64,000 nt of DNA from NCBI GenBank assembly GCA_002269645.1, contig NIVC01000701.1, positions 124,001 through 188,000 on the forward strand, read 5' to 3'. Below are positions 50,154-62,659 of the stretch, piece by piece. The notes under the pieces were generated by a model. The model did not search any database, was not told the DNA's origin, and saw only the letters and a program-made list of their open reading frames with translations. Within the stretch, counting starts at the first letter, position 1, and the number at the start of each line of letters is the position of its first letter. The stretch comes from Macrostomum lignano. Lineage: Eukaryota. The position numbers and the translations under genes were made by a program.

Positions 50154-50679
50154 AATTCATTTAAAATCTCTTAATGTAGTGTAGAGATCTCCAAAATATA
50201 GTATAAGCAAGCGACTAGAAGCAGTAAGGAAGATTAGAATAGGTAAAACACAAACTTTAAATACCACGCCTTCATACTCAATTTCTAGTAAGATCACGAA
50301 AACAGTGAGTGAGAAAACCACGTCCGGTTTTCAACATATCTTTTTAGAAACCACCCAAGTATCACCTCTTCTATTCAAATAACTTCACCAGTCAAATGAT
50401 AAAATTCCTTTCGTAACCTCATAATAAACCGGTTGAGAACAAGGTCGGTTCAAAATTGTGTATAAGTAGACCCGACCTGGGGGGTACAGGATGGCAAAAG
50501 CCAGGGGTTACACAACCCAAAAATTCGAGGTGAAATCCCAGACTCGGAGCAGCCTCAAGAGACCTTGAGTACTTGATGTTACGAGCGTATTCAAATAAGA
50601 AAATCTCCTGATTTTAAAATACTATGCAAGGAACGTCATCAAAAAGAGTGACATTCCACAAACCCCAACATGGAATAGC

Positions 50680-50960
50680 CCATACACCCACCATTTTACA
50701 GTCGCCGTCCATACACCTACCATCTTAGAGTCGCCGTCCATACACCCACCATTTTACAGTCGCCGTCCATACACCTACCATCTTAGAGTCGCCGTCCATA
50801 CACCCACCATCTTACAGAATAGCCCATGCACCTACCATCTTACAGAATAGCCCATACACCCACCATCTTACAGAATAGCCCATACACCCACCATCTTACA
50901 GAATAGCCCATACACCCACAGTGTAACAGAATCGCCCATACACCCACCATCTTAAAGAAT
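50680..50960. repeat. Minisatellite, 28-bp unit CCATACACCCACCATCTTACAGAATAGC
   Basis: Visible tandem units. Confidence 0.9.
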
Positions 50961-51014
50961 CGCCCACATACGACTTGTCTGTTAGAGAACTTGCTAATGC
51001 TAGCAAGTTTGATT

Positions 51015-53760
51015 GATAGATGCTTTCTATCTGGGGGGATGCTTACTATCTGGGGGGATGCTTGCTATCTGGGGGGATGCTTGCTATCTGGGGGGATGCT
51101 TGCTATCTGGGGGGGATGCTTGCTATCTGGAGGGATGCTTTCTATCTGGGGGGATGCTTTCTATCTGGAGGGATGCTTGCTATTTGGGGGGATGCTTGAT
51201 ATCTGGGGGGATGCTTGCTATCTGGGGGGATGCTTTCTATCTGGGGGGATGCTTTCTATCTGGGAGAATTCTTGCTATCTGGAGGGTTGCTTACTATCTG
51301 GAGGGTTGCTTACTATCTGGAGGGATGCTTGCGATCTGGGAGGATGCTTTCTATCTGGAGGGATGCTTACTATCTGGGGGGATGCTTGCTATCTGGAGGG
51401 ATGCTTCTATCTGGGTGGATGCTTGCTATCTGGGAGGATGCTTGCTATCTGGGAGGATGCTTGCTATCTGGGTGGATGCTTGCTATCTAGGAGGATGCTT
51501 GCTATCTGGGGGGATGCTTGCTATCTGGGGGGATGCTTGCTATCTGGGGGGATGCTTGCTATCTGGGGGGATGCTTGCTATCTGGGGGGATGCTTGCTAT
51601 CTGGAGGGATGCTTTCTATCTGGGGGGATGCTTTCTATCTGGAGGGATGCTTGCTATTTGGGGGGATGCTTGATATCTGGGGGGATGCTTGCTATCTGGG
51701 GGGATGCTTGCTATCTGGAGGGATGCTTTCTATCTGGGGGGATGCTTTCTATCTGGGAGAATTCTTGCTATCTGGAGGGTTGCTTACTATCTGGAGGGAT
51801 GCTTGCGATCTGGGAGGATGCTTTCTATCTGGAGGGATGCTTACTATCTGGGGGGATGCTTGCTATCTGGAGGGATGCTTCTATCTGGGTGGATGCTTGC
51901 TATCTGGGAGGATGCTTGCTATCTGGAGGGATGCTTGCTATCTGGGGGATGCTTGCTATCTGGGAGGATGCTTGCTATCTGGGGGGATGCTTGCTATCTG
52001 GAGGGATGCTTGCGATCTGGGTGGATGCTTCTATCTGGGTGGATGCTTGCTATCTGGGTGGATACTTGCTATCTGGGAGGATGCTTGCTATCTGGGTGGA
52101 TGCTTGCTATCTGGGGGGATGCTTGCTATCTGGAGGGATGCTTTCTATCTGGGGGGATGCTTTCTATCTGGAGGGATGCTTGCTATCTGGGGGGATGCTT
52201 GCTATCTGGAGGGATGCTTTCTATCTGGGGGTATGCTTTCTATCTGGGAGAATTCTTGCTATCTGGAGGGTTGCTTACTATCTGGAGGGATGCTTGCTAT
52301 CTGGGGGATGCTTGCTATCTGGGGGGATGCTTGCTATCTGGAGGGATGCTTGCGATCTGGGTGGATGCTTCTATCTGGGTGGATGCTTGCTATCTGGGTG
52401 GATACTTGCTATCTGGGAGGATGCTTGCTATCTGGGTGGATGCTTGCTATCTGGGGGGATGCTTGCTATCTGGAGGGATGCTTTCTATCTGGGGGGATGC
52501 TTGCTATCTGGAGGGATGCTTCTATCTGGGTGGATGCTTGCTATCTGGGAGGATGCTTGCTATCTGGAGGGATGCTTGCTATCTGGGGGATGCTTGCTAT
52601 CTGGGAGGATGCTTGCTATCTGGGGGGATGCTTGCTATCTGGAGGGATGCTTGCGATCTGGGTGGATGCTTCTATCTGGGTGGATGCTTGCTATCTGGGT
52701 GGATACTTGCTATCTGGGAGGATGCTTGCTATCTGGGTGGATGCTTGCTATCTGGGGGGATGCTTGCTATCTGGAGGGATGCTTTCTATCTGGGAGGATG
52801 CTTGCTATCTGGAGGGATGCTTCTATCTGGGTGGATGCTTGCTATCTGGGAGGATGCTTGCTATCTGGAGGGATGCTTGCTATCTGGGGGATGCTTGCTA
52901 TCTGGGAGGATGCTTGCTATCTGGGGGGATGCTTGCTATCTGGAGGGATGCTTGCGATCTGGGTGGATGCTTCTATCTGGGTGGATGCTTGCTATCTGGG
53001 TGGATACTTGCTATCTGGGAGGATGCTTGCTATCTGGGTGGATGCTTGCTATCTGGGTGGATACTTGCTATCTGGGGGGATGCTTGCTATCTGGAGGGAT
53101 GCTTGCGATCTGGGAGGATGCTTTCTATCTGGAGGGATGCTTACTATCTGGGGGGATGCTTGCTATCTGGAGGGATGCTTCTATCTGGGTGGATGCTTGC
53201 TATCTGGGAGGATGCTTGCTATCTGGAGGGATGCTTGCTATCTGGGGGATGCTTGCTATCTGGGAGGATGCTTGCTATCTGGGGGGATGCTTGCTATCTG
53301 GAGGGATGCTTGCGATCTGGGTGGATGCTTCTATCTGGGTGGATGCTTGCTATCTGGGTGGATACTTGCTATCTGGGAGGATGCTTGCTATCTGGGTGGA
53401 TGCTTGCTATCTGGGGGGATGCTTGCTATCTGGAGGGATGCTTTCTATCTGGGGGGATGCTTTCTATCTGGAGGGATGCTTGCTATCTGGGGGGATGCTT
53501 GCTATCTGGAGGGATGCTTTCTATCTGGGGGTATGCTTTCTATCTGGGAGAATTCTTGCTATCTGGAGGGTTGCTTACTATCTGGAGGGATGCTTGCTAT
53601 CTGGGGGATGCTTGCTATCTGGGAGGATGCTTGCTATCTGGGGGATGCTTGCTATCTGGGAGGTTGCTTGCTATCTGGGGGATGCTTGCTATCTGGGAGG
53701 ATGCTTGCTATCTGGGGGATGCTTGCTATCTGGGAGGATGCTTGCTATCTGGGAGATGTT
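51015..53760. repeat. 2.7-kb satellite, 18-20-bp unit GGATGCTTGCTATCTGGGG(G)
   Basis: Visible tandem units; source of the 958/918/701-aa pseudo-ORFs. Confidence 0.97.
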
Positions 53761-54184
53761 TTCTATTAAGGGGGAATGTCTGTTATCTTTGTGAAAACTG
53801 TTCTTATTTTCTTTCTGTTAAGTTTAGAAAAAGGAAAGAGATTCGTAGTAAACATCTTTGTCCGTGACAATTGTACTCAGGTACTCAAGGTTCTTAAGAA
53901 ATGTGCTTTTTTAATTGTTTTTCATGAATAATGTTTGCTCCTTGCTTATTGCGTGCCCCGAAGGGGGGCACTAGATTGCTAGTCGTTTCGCTAAAAGTTT
54001 GCTAGTCGTCACATCTTAAAGTATCGCCCTAAACATTCTTAAAATCCCTCATACTCACAGAATCTGTGCTCATATTCCACTTCAAGATGATTTACCTGAT
54101 AGTCTGAATGATCTGAATAAAAAACACCATAGACAAAAAATTCGCTATAGAACAAGCGGCTAAAATAAAATATTAAGTGATAAT

Positions 54185-54381
54185 CCATAGAAATAAAGAC
54201 TTTCCGTGACAATATTTGCCTTCTCCGGGATTTTATTTGGTAATATTCAATAATATCCCGTAAAGTCTTTATGTCTATGGTTTATACGAGATTACACATG
54301 CCTTTTGAGGGAGTTATTTTCATAAATCCCTCGGGCCTCAGGCCCTCGTGATTTATACAAAAAACTCCCTCAAAAGGCATG
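54185..54381. repeat. Two adjacent hairpins (54185-54280 and 54297-54381), probably a non-autonomous element
   Basis: CCATAGAAATAAAGACTTT.. / ..AAAGTCTTTATGTCTATGG, and CATGCCTTTTGAGGGAGTT..GGGCCTCAGGCCC..AACTCCCTCAAAAGGCATG. Confidence 0.75.
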
Positions 54382-55364
54382 TTTAATCTGATACTTAAAG
54401 CTTCCAGGGAATTTTCAGTCCTCGTTGAGCAAAGTCCAGCAATCGGATGCCAGCAACAGACCCTCCAAGCTCATTTGAGCAATCTGGGAGAGCTGCTACG
54501 GACAATCAGAAGGCAATGGACAGTGATAAAAAGGAATAAAACAAAGTCTAAGATGACCAAGCAATACTCGCCGATAAAACAAATGTAGACGCGATGGTCC
54601 AAGTAGTTGTAGAGCTCGCTACACGATGAAGAGTGGAGGCTGTGGCTTGCTTAGAACTTGTCGAGTCAACCAAGCTTTATATAGGCGAGAACGCGATTTC
54701 TCAGCATCCGGCAAGAATTTGACTCCAGCACCAGCACAGACAGAGAGAGAGAGTGCTGGGGCGAAAACCTGTAAACAAAGCGTCAAATAAACGCTAGCCA
54801 ACCCCGCTTTTCGTGGAGGCTCTCGCGTTACATTTAATTAGACACCACAGTCTCAGTTGAAATCGAGACAGCCCATTAGCCCTATTTGCCGCTCACCTGC
54901 ATATAATTAAGCTCGACTTTGCCAGGCACTCATCATCATTTCCCTCAGCCTCTTTCCATCTACTGATTTTCCTAGCATAGATCCGGCCTTAATGGTAATT
55001 TACGAGACAGTTTCACCCTGCGGCTCGAATGCATAAAATAGTGCTGAGCCAAGCTACAAACTTGAGGTTTGCGATGCTGTTTCCGCATTGGCACTCATTA
55101 ATTAATGAGGTAGTGCTGCATCCCCAGTGCCGCAGAGACAACACGCGGAATTCTAACGCACTCTGTAAGATTATTTGCAAACAGCCTGTGAATTAAACAC
55201 AGGCAGAAGGTAAGCAAGAAGGTAAGGCAGAAGAAGCACTGCAGAGTGCAAAGTACAGACAACAATTCCACTTATTTGTGGCGAGAGCATCAAACCCCCG
55301 TCACTGATTAGCCAATTCAACAATTTTGCATCAGACCTTCAACTCAGACTAGAACCTGAAAATT

Positions 55365-56200
55365 TTCTTGGATTGAGGATCTTGGATAGAAGGCAGGTCT
55401 AGTCTGAGGATTTTGGATTGAATGGTAAAGTTCCAGTCTGATGATCTTGGATTGAATGGTAAAGTTCCAGTCTGATGATCTTGGATTGAATGGTGAAGGT
55501 CCAGTCTGAGGATCTTTGATTGAATGGTGAAGGTCCAGTCTGATGATCTTGGATTGAATGGTAAAGTTCCAGTCTGATGATCTTGGATTGAATGGTGAAG
55601 GTCCAGTCTGAGGATCTTTGATTGAATAGTGAAGGTCCAGTCTAAGGATTTTGGATTGAATGGTAAAGTTCCAGTCTGAGGATCTTGGATTGAATGGTGA
55701 AGGTCCAGTCTGAGGATCTTGGATTGAATGGAAATCCTAGTCTGAGGATCTTGGATTGAATGGTGAAGGTCTAGTCTGAGGATCTTGGATTGAATGGTGA
55801 AGGTCCAGTATGAGGATTTTGGATAGAATGGAGGTCTAGTCTGAGGATCTTGGATTGAATGGTGAAGGTCCAGTCTAAGGATCTTGGATTGAATAGTGAA
55901 GGTCCAGTCTAAGGATCTTGGATTGAATGGTAGAGGCCTAGTCTGAGGATCTTGGATAGAATGGAGGTCCAGTTTAAGGATCTTAGATTGAATTTTTTGT
56001 ATATTGGATAGTGAAGGTCCAGTCTGAGGATCTTGGATTGAATGGTAGAGGTCCAGTCTAAGGATCGTGGATTGAATGATAAAGGTCCAGTCTAAGGATC
56101 TTGGATTTAATAGTAGAAGCCTAGTCTGAGGATCTTGGATAGAATGGAGGTCCAGTCTAAGGATCTTAGATTAAATGCTAGAGGTCCAATCTGAAGATCT
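55365..56200. repeat. Minisatellite, 34-bp unit GGATCTTGGATTGAATGGTGAAGGTCCAGTCTGA
   Basis: Visible tandem units. Confidence 0.93.
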
Positions 56201-56895
56201 TAGAATAAATTTTTGGATTGGCTTTCATGGGTATGAATTGCACAACAACACTTTAATTGGGTTGGTTAAAAGTAGTTGTTGGCTACAAGACCAAAATTAA
56301 TATGATCATAAACAAAGTTGAACCATGGGATAGAGTTTATATTGAATGGATTCTTAAAAGAAATAATCTCAATCTAATCTAAGAGTTCTTAGATTGATTA
56401 AATACAATCTATAGGCCTACCTAAATATATTATTTAAAAGAAAAATATATATTGATAGCAATAGCTATTTGTAGCAAAAAGTTTTAAACAAAAGTTTCTT
56501 TTCAAATTTCTTGGAGTATATTACAATAATTGCTTAGTATAAAAAACATTTGCAAACAATAATTCAATAATCCATGATTAAAAACTTTAATACTTTTTTA
56601 AGATGTTAGAATATTACAAAAAATTATAGTATAAAACTGTTTTGTTTTGAAAATCAGTTCATGCACTAGCAATCTATGCACCCTGTTGGGGAGCCAAAGA
56701 AATGTAATACACATTTTTTAATAAGCTACATGTAGCCTTGAAATCTTAAAAAAATCTCCTGTCAAACTTCTAACCCTAACCCTAGGCCTAACCATAACCC
56801 TAAACCAAGGGGAAATAAATAAGAAAAAATATTTTAACATAGGGAATTAGCCAATAAAAGCTTCATGGAGACCTAGGGAGCTAATCATAGCCTCA

Positions 56896-57646
56896 TTCTC
56901 ATACAAATTTGCTATTGTTTGAGTTTCTAGGATTTAGCAGTTTTTATCTTAGCCTACCAATGCCTAAAGATTCAGGTTAGGGAGTCAGCTAAGTGTGAGT
57001 TCTTTAGTGGAGCCATGAGTTGTAACATTTAAACTTTTAAAAATATCTTGCTATATTTCTTGTTGTGAGCATATTGTCTTTAATATCTGCTATATTCTTT
57101 TTAGCAGCCCTGAATTAGTAGGCTTGCAAGTCTTTATTTATTGTTTAATCAAATAGACCTGGACTAAATGCCACTTAGTTGTTAATGCTCCACTTTTCCT
57201 AAAGCCTCAAATCTGAGCACAAAGTGCTTGCAACTGCTCAAGCACCCCTGTCTTTCCTCAAGATATTCCACTTGTTGTCTTAGCTTTAATTCCCTCCCTA
57301 AATTCTCTTTACTTACTTTATAGAAATCATATAAGCCTTGAATAAATAGTAAGTAAAAAATCACTTAATTTTGACCATTTAGTTGAAGAATCTAATTTTA
57401 TATGATCATCTATTAAATATTTATTATATGAATATGTAAACTAATTGTATATTTGATATACATTGATTGTAGGTATGTTTTTATTCAACAATATTAATAT
57501 ACTTTACACTTTGTACAAAGATTTGTACACTTTGTACAAACAAAGATCCTTCTCATACAAATTTGCTATTGTTTGAGTTTCTAGGATTTAGCAGTTTTTA
57601 TCTTAGCCTACCAATGCCTAAAGATTCAGGTTAGGGAGTCAGCTAA
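56896..57646. repeat. 97-bp direct repeats (56896-56992, 57550-57646) enclosing a ~530-bp copy of 60864-61411
   Basis: Direct comparison; identical ORFs at 57182 and 61069. Confidence 0.85.
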
Positions 57647-58147
57647 AACCACATAAAAATGTTTTAAAAAGGGCAAGAAAAGGGTCAGAAACGACTTTGT
57701 GAGGGCTACAGGTCACTCTGAATTTAAAACTAGACTTAGTTTGCTTGTAGTGCAAAAAAATTGAATTTTTATCGCGTGAGTTTTGTGCAACAAAAATAAA
57801 ACCCCCGAAGTCTCTGCAAAATAAAAATTATGAAAAGTTATATTTTGTTGTGAGATTTATTGTATCGTTAAAATAAAAAATCATTCACAAAATATTTGTT
57901 TGAAATGGAATCTCCTTTAGTACCACTAAAGCCTTCACAAAAATGTGTAGACATGATTAACGCTTTGTAGAATTTATGTTAGGCCCTACTCATAATAATA
58001 ATATTAATACAATAATACATTTAGGTACTATGGGCGTATGGCCTATTTCTTTCATTTTCTATGCATTAGCGTCACCTGAGGTTCTGAGCCAAAGCATTTG
58101 GATGCTCTGAGGTACTGCCTCCCTTTTTATTTAAGCTTAGCTTACCA

Positions 58148-58467
58148 CTATTAATAGGGGTAATGGCTAGAGTTCCGGCACTGGAACTCGTTTTCTAACA
58201 GCTAGGGATCCGGCAGTGCTGTATAGAAGCATATAAAGACTGCTAAGAACATATCTTAAGAAGTCTGAATATTAAAAGCATCTCGTCCCGAATCTTATCA
58301 TATTGTCCATCTTAAATTTTAATCTAGAACAAAATCCTAATATCAGCCACCTGTAGAAAGAAAAATAGGCCTATAATGTTCTATCTATATTATAATGGCA
58401 CTGCCAGATCCATAGCCATTAAAAAATGGGTTCCGGTGCTAGAACTCTAGCCATTGCCATTAATAGG
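58148..58467. mobile_element. Decayed MITE/foldback with ~78-bp inverted arms
   Basis: 58148-58225 is the reverse complement of 58391-58467 with several mismatches. Confidence 0.6.
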
Positions 58468-60863
58468 CCTATCCCATACTTATAGGCCCTAGGCATAGCC
58501 AGTAGTCATCAAATAAAAGTTATAATAACAACAATAGTTTAGGCCTAGGGCCTAAGTTATCACTTATTAAGTTATTTTAGGCCTAATTAATTTTAATTAT
58601 ATAGAAAGTTACTAAAATTGCTTTAATATTTACTTTGACTCTAGTCCTTGGACTTGCAATCTTAATTATACAATGATATGATTATGCCATATTGCATAGA
58701 AATCTATTGTTTGGGTCATTAACCTTACGTAGGGACTTTAAGAGTTTTCCTTGCAGTGAATAGGCCTTAATTTTAATGTTATTGATAGCATTCATTTTAA
58801 TTATAGCCTAGCCTTTATTGCCTTAACTTGAATATTAGATGATTTGTCAAAACCATTTTGGCAAAAGTTTATTTATTCAATTTATGATTTACTAAATTTT
58901 AAAACTCAATTTGCTAAAAACCCATCTTAATCTTAATCTTCTAAATCTTCAATCTCTTCTTCAATCTTCAATCTTATTTATTATTTAAAGTTAATTCAAA
59001 TAATAATATTTAGTATCAATGGTACAAAGGGTAGGCCTATCTCAAAAGTTTGTGCAATTGATTGATTTCTATCATAGATATCACTTTAGTAGGCCTAGCT
59101 ATAGTTATTATCACAGTGGCCCTGTGGCTAGTAGCAATAATTTTCTATATACTTGAGATAGGCCTATTTGTATTTTTCCTATATTGCTACTAGTGTAATT
59201 CTTCTCACTATTGTTTTCCCTCCTTGGCCTTGGCCAATATTGCAAGGGGAAATATGACCTATAGAACAAGTAGCAATGTTATATCAAAACTGAATAGCTA
59301 CAAGGAATGTTAGCTAAGCCCTATACAAGTCCATTAGCAACTTATAGATGCATATGGCAAGGATGCACTATGTCAACATGCTATATGCAAGCAATAAAAT
59401 TGGTTTAAAAGTGGCAGAACTTAGTGAAATTCCTTTATCTACCATCTAACCAATTTTTTTACAAAGGACTTGAGGTTGCCAGTATCAATACCTAAATAAG
59501 TTCTTTAAGATTGGCTGACTTCTAAAACACCAAGGTGATTTGGGTATTGCAAACAGCATTTAGAAGTTGCCCAAGTGCTAGGAACAAACCATTATATACA
59601 TTGCATCATATTATGAATCCCTGTGAAAAATCATCTTATTGTGATATTAGGGGCCTAGTCAAACTACAACATAATTGCATAAACTTTTGGGATGGCATTA
59701 AATTGCATTATCAATTGCAAATCACTTCTTTTTGTTAATGTTGCTTTTTTGCATATAAGGGAAAATAATATAACAATGGCAATTTGTGACTGCAGGTAGG
59801 CAAAACTATATTAAAAGATACTTTCAATGAAATATGCAAATGTGTATATATAATATAGATCACTGCAAGATAGATATTTTTTGGTAAAAGAACTTGCTTT
59901 TAGCAAATTGACTTGCTATCCCCTTATGTCTAACTATATTTTGCTATAATGTATATATTGCTTTTTTGCTTAAATCTTTAAAACCACACTTTTTTAGTAT
60001 TAAAAGCAAAAACATTAATCTTAGCTATAGTTTGACAAGTATAATAATAAGTAGAGGTCAAATAGGATCTTGATCCAAATCCTAAAGTCTTAGGATCCCA
60101 AAAAAATTGTATTTCTATGGGATTAGGACCCTATCTCTAAATGTAACAGGTAGGATTTTTTGCGTCCTGCCTATACCTTCTGCTCACATTGGATAACAAA
60201 GAATTGAACTCAAAACAGTTTTTCTAGGCCTAGGCTGCTATGGTCTACAGCCCAGCCAAGGCAATAGCCATGCCTTTGGGCCCACAGATATGGGTGAGAG
60301 AAAAGTGAAGCAAGTGCCTCCACTGTCTCTCCTTTTTATTTAAAACACTAAAGAACATGTGCATGGGAATATAAACTCTTATAGGCTATATAGAACAAAA
60401 TGCAAATTATGCAGCAAGTTTTAGGTGCAGCTATCCTTTGCAAATATGATTGCATTTTATGCAGCTCATACTAAAAATAAAAATTAGAAATATGTTTTTA
60501 ATTCAAAATATAGAATTAATAATTACTTAACTATATTTTGTTTTAGCATGTACTTGTTATATTTTACCTATTGATCTTGATAACAAGTTTGTTCAGAATT
60601 GTTCAACTCTATGTGGACCCATAAACTAAGTATACTAAAAAATAAGAGTTGATCCCAACTCCCAAATCCTAATCCCAATCCTAAATCTAAAAAGGAACTA
60701 TTCATAATCCTAATCTTGCCCAATAACTTTAATCCTCAGTCAGTAATATTCTTACCTCTCTACTTATCAGTCATTTGCCAGTAGTGCTAATTGATAGTTA
60801 AATAAATTTATTCAAAATAAATTGTTATCAAAGCAATTTTAAATATGGACTAGTTGCCATATA

Positions 60864-61411
60864 TGTGAGTTCTTTAGTGGAGCCATGAGTTGTAACATTT
60901 AAACTTTTAAAAATAAAAGTTGTATATAAGTTGTATTGCTATATTTCTTATTGTGAGCATATTGTATTTAATATCTGCTATATCTTTTTAGCAGCCCTGA
61001 ATTAGTAGGCTTGCAAGTCTTTATTTATTGTTTAATCAAATAGACCTGGACTAAATGCCACTTAGTTGTTAATGCTCCACTTTTCCTAAAGCCTCAAATC
61101 TGAGCACAAAGTGCTTGCAACTGCTCAAGCACCCCTGTCTTTCCTCAAGATATTCCACTTGTTGTCTTAGCTTTAATTCCCTCCCTAAATTCTCTTTACT
61201 TACTTTATAGAAATCATATAAGCCTTGAATAAATAGTAAGTAAAAAATCATTTAATTTTGACCATTTAGTTGTAGAATCTAATTTTATATGATCATCTAT
61301 TATATATTTATTATATGAATATGCAAACTAATTGTATATTTGATATTCATTGATTGTAGGTATGTTTTTATTCAACAATATTAATATACTTTACACTTTG
61401 TACAAAGATTT
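60864..61411. repeat. Second copy (probable source) of the segment at 56994-57524
   Basis: Near-identical sequence with one short indel. Confidence 0.85.
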
Positions 61412-62074
61412 CAGTATCAAATAGTTGTTAAAATGCATTTTTAAGCTTTTAATTATATAGTTCAACAAAAATTATTACTTGTTTAATTCTATCTTCTTCA
61501 TAGGAATCATCCTATCTATAGGTATTAGAGGTGTAACACTTGGGCAAAATATGTTACAATTTGATAAAAGGCTTAGAAGGAATAAAAGACTAAAAAGTTA
61601 GAGTTTGAAAAGTCAAGAGTGTTATGGATTATGGGCTTATAGCTCATAAATGAAGGCATAAATAACAATATAAATAAATAAGGTAGACTTTTAGCTAGCT
61701 AAAAGGTCTGGGCCTATCTGACATAGCCAAATATTTGTAGAAACTGTATAGTTGTACAATAGGGATATTAAGAGTTTGTCCCAAAGTGCAAAGTACACTA
61801 TGCATACATAGTAGTCCTACAATGTATTTATATATTGTATTGCTTTACCTATTATATGTGCTATACTAAATGTTGTATTTTCATGCTCTAAATATATTAT
61901 TTATAATGAAATAATGATATACAACTTTATAATGATAGCTGGTTGGCAAGAACTGTTTGTAAATATTATTGTTGAATTTCTATTCACCAATTTCAGCTTG
62001 TCGCTTTTCCCGCCAGACCCATTGGCCAATCAAGCAGCGGCAGCAAGCAGCAATAGCGCAGCATATTTATAGCC

Positions 62075-62593
62075 ATGGGCACTGAGAACAGCAAGGTGAT
62101 GCACCATTCGCAGCATCATCCAGAAGCGGCTGGCGCTGCCGGCGGTGCCGCTCCACCCGTTGTCACCACTGCGGGCGCTGTCGCCGCTTTACACGGGGTG
62201 TCCGCATCTGCAGCGCATCATCATCATCATCATCCGCCGCCGCCGCCTCAACAGCAGCATCATCCTCCGCCGCCGCCTCCGTCGCAGCCACTACCATCTG
62301 GAGCTAGACCTTCAACACTGCATGTGAAAGCTCCGCCTGCTCAGCAGCAGCATCATCACCACCATCATCCGGCTGCGATGGGCGCGGCTGCCGCTTCATC
62401 AACAAGCGGAACTGTGCCCGGCTACGCCACCACTATGATAACGCCCGACACGCCCAAGAAGGACCGGGTCCCCGACCCCTATCGGTACGCCATGGACAGG
62501 CGGCAGTCTGACAAGCCGCGTATTCAGCTCATTCAACAGCGACACGATCCGCCTGGGGCGGGCAGGCAGAAGGGCGAGCTGTATCATCCTCAG
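62075..62593 (+). CDS. First coding exon of an unidentified His/Pro/Ala-rich protein with N-myristoylation-like start
   Basis: GCCATGG context, MGTENSK, poly-His/Pro tracts, GC-rich codon-like composition, phase-0 donor CAG|GTGCGT at 62594 followed by an intronic satellite; acceptor TTTCAG at 61991-61996 upstream. Confidence 0.75.
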
Positions 62594-62659
62594 GTGCGTA
62601 TATCTTCAGCCTATATCAATAAAAATATTAGAAGTGTCTGCTAAATCTAAGATTTGGTT

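Noticed and set aside
50991-53867. 958-, 918- and 701-aa ORFs as real genes
   Set aside because: Same satellite read in three frames, with frame switching at unit-length variants.
55365-56200. CTGATGA/CTGAGGA in the 34-bp unit as a hammerhead array
   Set aside because: No G-C closed stem II followed by GAAA, and no helix I/III pairing.
57182-61251. Identical 60-aa ORFs at 57182 and 61069
   Set aside because: By-product of the local duplication; AT-rich with no motif.
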